Of a stretch of DNA of 64,000 bases, positions 61,770 through 64,000 are shown piece after piece; the first letter of the stretch is position 1; every line of letters begins with the position of its first letter. The translations under genes were made by a program, and so were the position numbers. This DNA is from Cirrosporium novae-zelandiae. Lineage: Eukaryota. The notes beneath the pieces were generated by a model. It ran no database searches. It had not been told where the DNA came from and saw only the letters and a program-made list of their open reading frames with translations. The stretch spans positions 62,001 to 126,000 of the forward strand of contig JAPETS010000035.1 in assembly GCA_026023565.1 (NCBI GenBank), written 5' to 3'.

Positions 61770-64000
61770 TCAAGTAACGAGGTTATTGCTAAAGAAAGTA
61801 GCCGACTCATCCTTGAGATACGAAAGTTCGGGAAGGCCATTCATCTCAAGATTCTCCATTAATTCATGCTGCTGTTCAAAATCGAGCGTTGTCAGCTGTT
61901 GCTGCTCTGGGGAATATTGGGCATGAAGGTACTGAGAATACTGATCTCCGATCGATGAGAGCCAAAAGTCTTGGTCTGCTGTTGGTGGTAGGAACGACAC
62001 GTGAGCCGTACCAGGGGGAGCAGAAGAATAACTTGGGTCCCAATGCCGCACCCCAGAAACAGTCGATGGAAGCTGATTGTCGAAAGATGATGGATTGAAT
62101 CGTGGCATACTATTGGTTGGTGCCGAATATTGAATATTGGGCTGAGTAATAGGATTTTGAGCGTAATGCGCGGGAAAGTATTGTTGATTTGGTGGTTGAG
62201 ATATTTGAATGTAAGGCGCCGACGAATTAACCTGGCGGATATCATAATCGAATGAACCACCGCCAGCAGCAGGTGGACTACTGGCATCGAAGTATGGAGG
62301 AGAATTTGCATGGCTATGAGTAGAAGCCGTTGACAACGGAGGAGGGGTAGGAGCTTCCGGGGTAGGGATATTTGTAGGTCCGTTGCAGGGTGACTGGCCT
62401 ACTTGGGAGTTCGTAGAAGGTTCGTCGTAAGCTTTGAGGCAGGCGTTTATGAGATTTCGATAGAGCATCAAGGCCGAAGTTACACCAGGCCATCTCTCAG
62501 AAGCAGTGGAAACGGCTTCTAGCACAGTTTCCAAATGCTTGGTGACCTCTTCCTTTGGGTTTTCGTGCCTAACTTCAGGATATGAAAGTGACCAAAGCAG
62601 CGTATTGAGAGCCATGAACATTGACTGTGTGAATATCCAGGTCAGATCCACGGATTTCTTGGCAATCTGCCCATGTTGTAGATAGATGTTGAATCGGGAG
62701 GCTTCAAAGCAAAGCTTAGCAGCTCGGACGGAAGGGTTGGGTATTTGAGGAGAAGGTCGAAATAAAAGAACGATCATTGTGTTTAGTCTTCCCTGAAACC
62801 TAACCAATGTCAGTAACATTTCACCCATAACCTCGGACGCGAATAGACGACGTCTTGTCCTAAGAGAAAGAGGTCTTACCACGCGTCACTAAGGCCGCTT
62901 CCCTCATCATTCTTAGGGCATGAATCCTTCCAGGTTCTTATCTTTTGTTCCATCTCGATAAACCATGAATGCTGGTCATTCTGTGGTTCTGGTCGCTTCT
63001 TGAGATACAGCATCCTTCTCATCTCTGCTTGAAGTAATCTCATTTTGAAGAAGTGTATTGCAATTCTCTTTTTCATAATTGGAGGGCTTCCTGGAATAAC
63101 TCCATTGGCTGTAATGTTCCTATCATCCACCGGCTCAAAGAAACCAACATTGATATGATCAAAAGAAATCCCGAAAGCACTTGGACGGCCTAGACTATGG
63201 GAAAGGCCAAATTCCATGGACGTAATGATCCAGAAAAGCCTCCGGCGCATATCCACTTGAAGGGGGTTCAGCTTTGTTCCTGATGGATCGTGAGTAATGG
63301 TAGCCTCGTCATTGATTCTCAACTCCTGACAGAGTCTAGCAGCGAGTCCAATTACCCAGAAAGCCGCAGTACGAGTTGGTGTAACCATAGAATATTGAGC
63401 AATTAGTGCAAAGCACTGTAAAGTCCCTAGATCCATTCTCTTGACTACGTCTTCCATATAAGGTAATGCTGCAACATAATAGCTGTCTGCCAAGCCCGCA
63501 TATTGGATATCATGCTTCTGCAAGCTAATAGCAATAACCATCCGTACGATAAAATTCTGATAGGCATCGGGCGATCCATTGTAGACATCTTCCACGTCTT
63601 GGCGAAAAGTAGGTTCATGCAGCGTCGGTAACATATATTGAGCTGAATACATTGTCAGTGTTGTTTTCTTAGCAGACTGTGACTGTATACGGCATTGTAC
63701 GAACCTTTGACATTGAAAGCAGCCACAAGCGTATCGGTTAGTTCACGCTTAGGCAAATGTGGGGCTGCAACTGAGCTGGTCAGGGGATAAACCTTTGAAG
63801 TAGGTTTCTGGCTCTCCTGTTTGAACTTATCCTTGATCGCCTTGGCTTTGGTATCTGGTACGATATCTTTAATGGTATGGGCTTTCATGTTTTTCTTCGC
63901 AAAGTCCATCACAAGGCGAGTTATGGCTATCCCACTTGAAGGACCTAGAAACCTCGATTCCTCATTTTCTTTGAATTTGATTAGACCAGCGCTTCGTACC
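61770..64000 (-). CDS. Fungal-specific transcription factor (Zn2Cys6 class, Ppr1/UaY-like), 5' end outside the window
   Basis: RFLGPSSGIAITRLVM, AQYMLPTLHEPTF, DMRRRLFWI...SHSLGRPS (Fungal_trans middle homology region); introns 63704-63643 and 62879-62800. The zinc cluster itself is not in the window. Confidence 0.85.

Overview
Intron-rich DNA from a filamentous ascomycete (Pezizomycotina-type GT-AG introns with CTAAC/CTGAC branch sites, SSR-rich intergenic DNA). The left part holds RAD10/ERCC1, three orphan ORFs (one a 16-aa-period beta-solenoid) and a housekeeping block: Hook-family dynein adaptor, HEM13, ATG8, cofilin and HSP60. The right part holds a NimA-like non-RD kinase, F-box-like proteins, BRX1, a WW-domain protein, an Abp2-family protein and a truncated fungal-specific (Zn2Cys6-class) transcription factor. 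The main observation lies between them (~22.7-43.2 kb). Manual splicing there reveals nine consecutive small, highly diverged genes that the ORF track shows only as fragments. Each encodes one N-terminal ~50-aa Myb/SANT-like three-helix domain followed by a basic, TP/SP-rich, largely disordered tail, usually with acidic patches. They fall into two subfamilies, five share an intron position, and several share a TCGA-based motif at a similar distance upstream of the ATG. All gene models were built by eye; no database searches were run, so novelty is not established.
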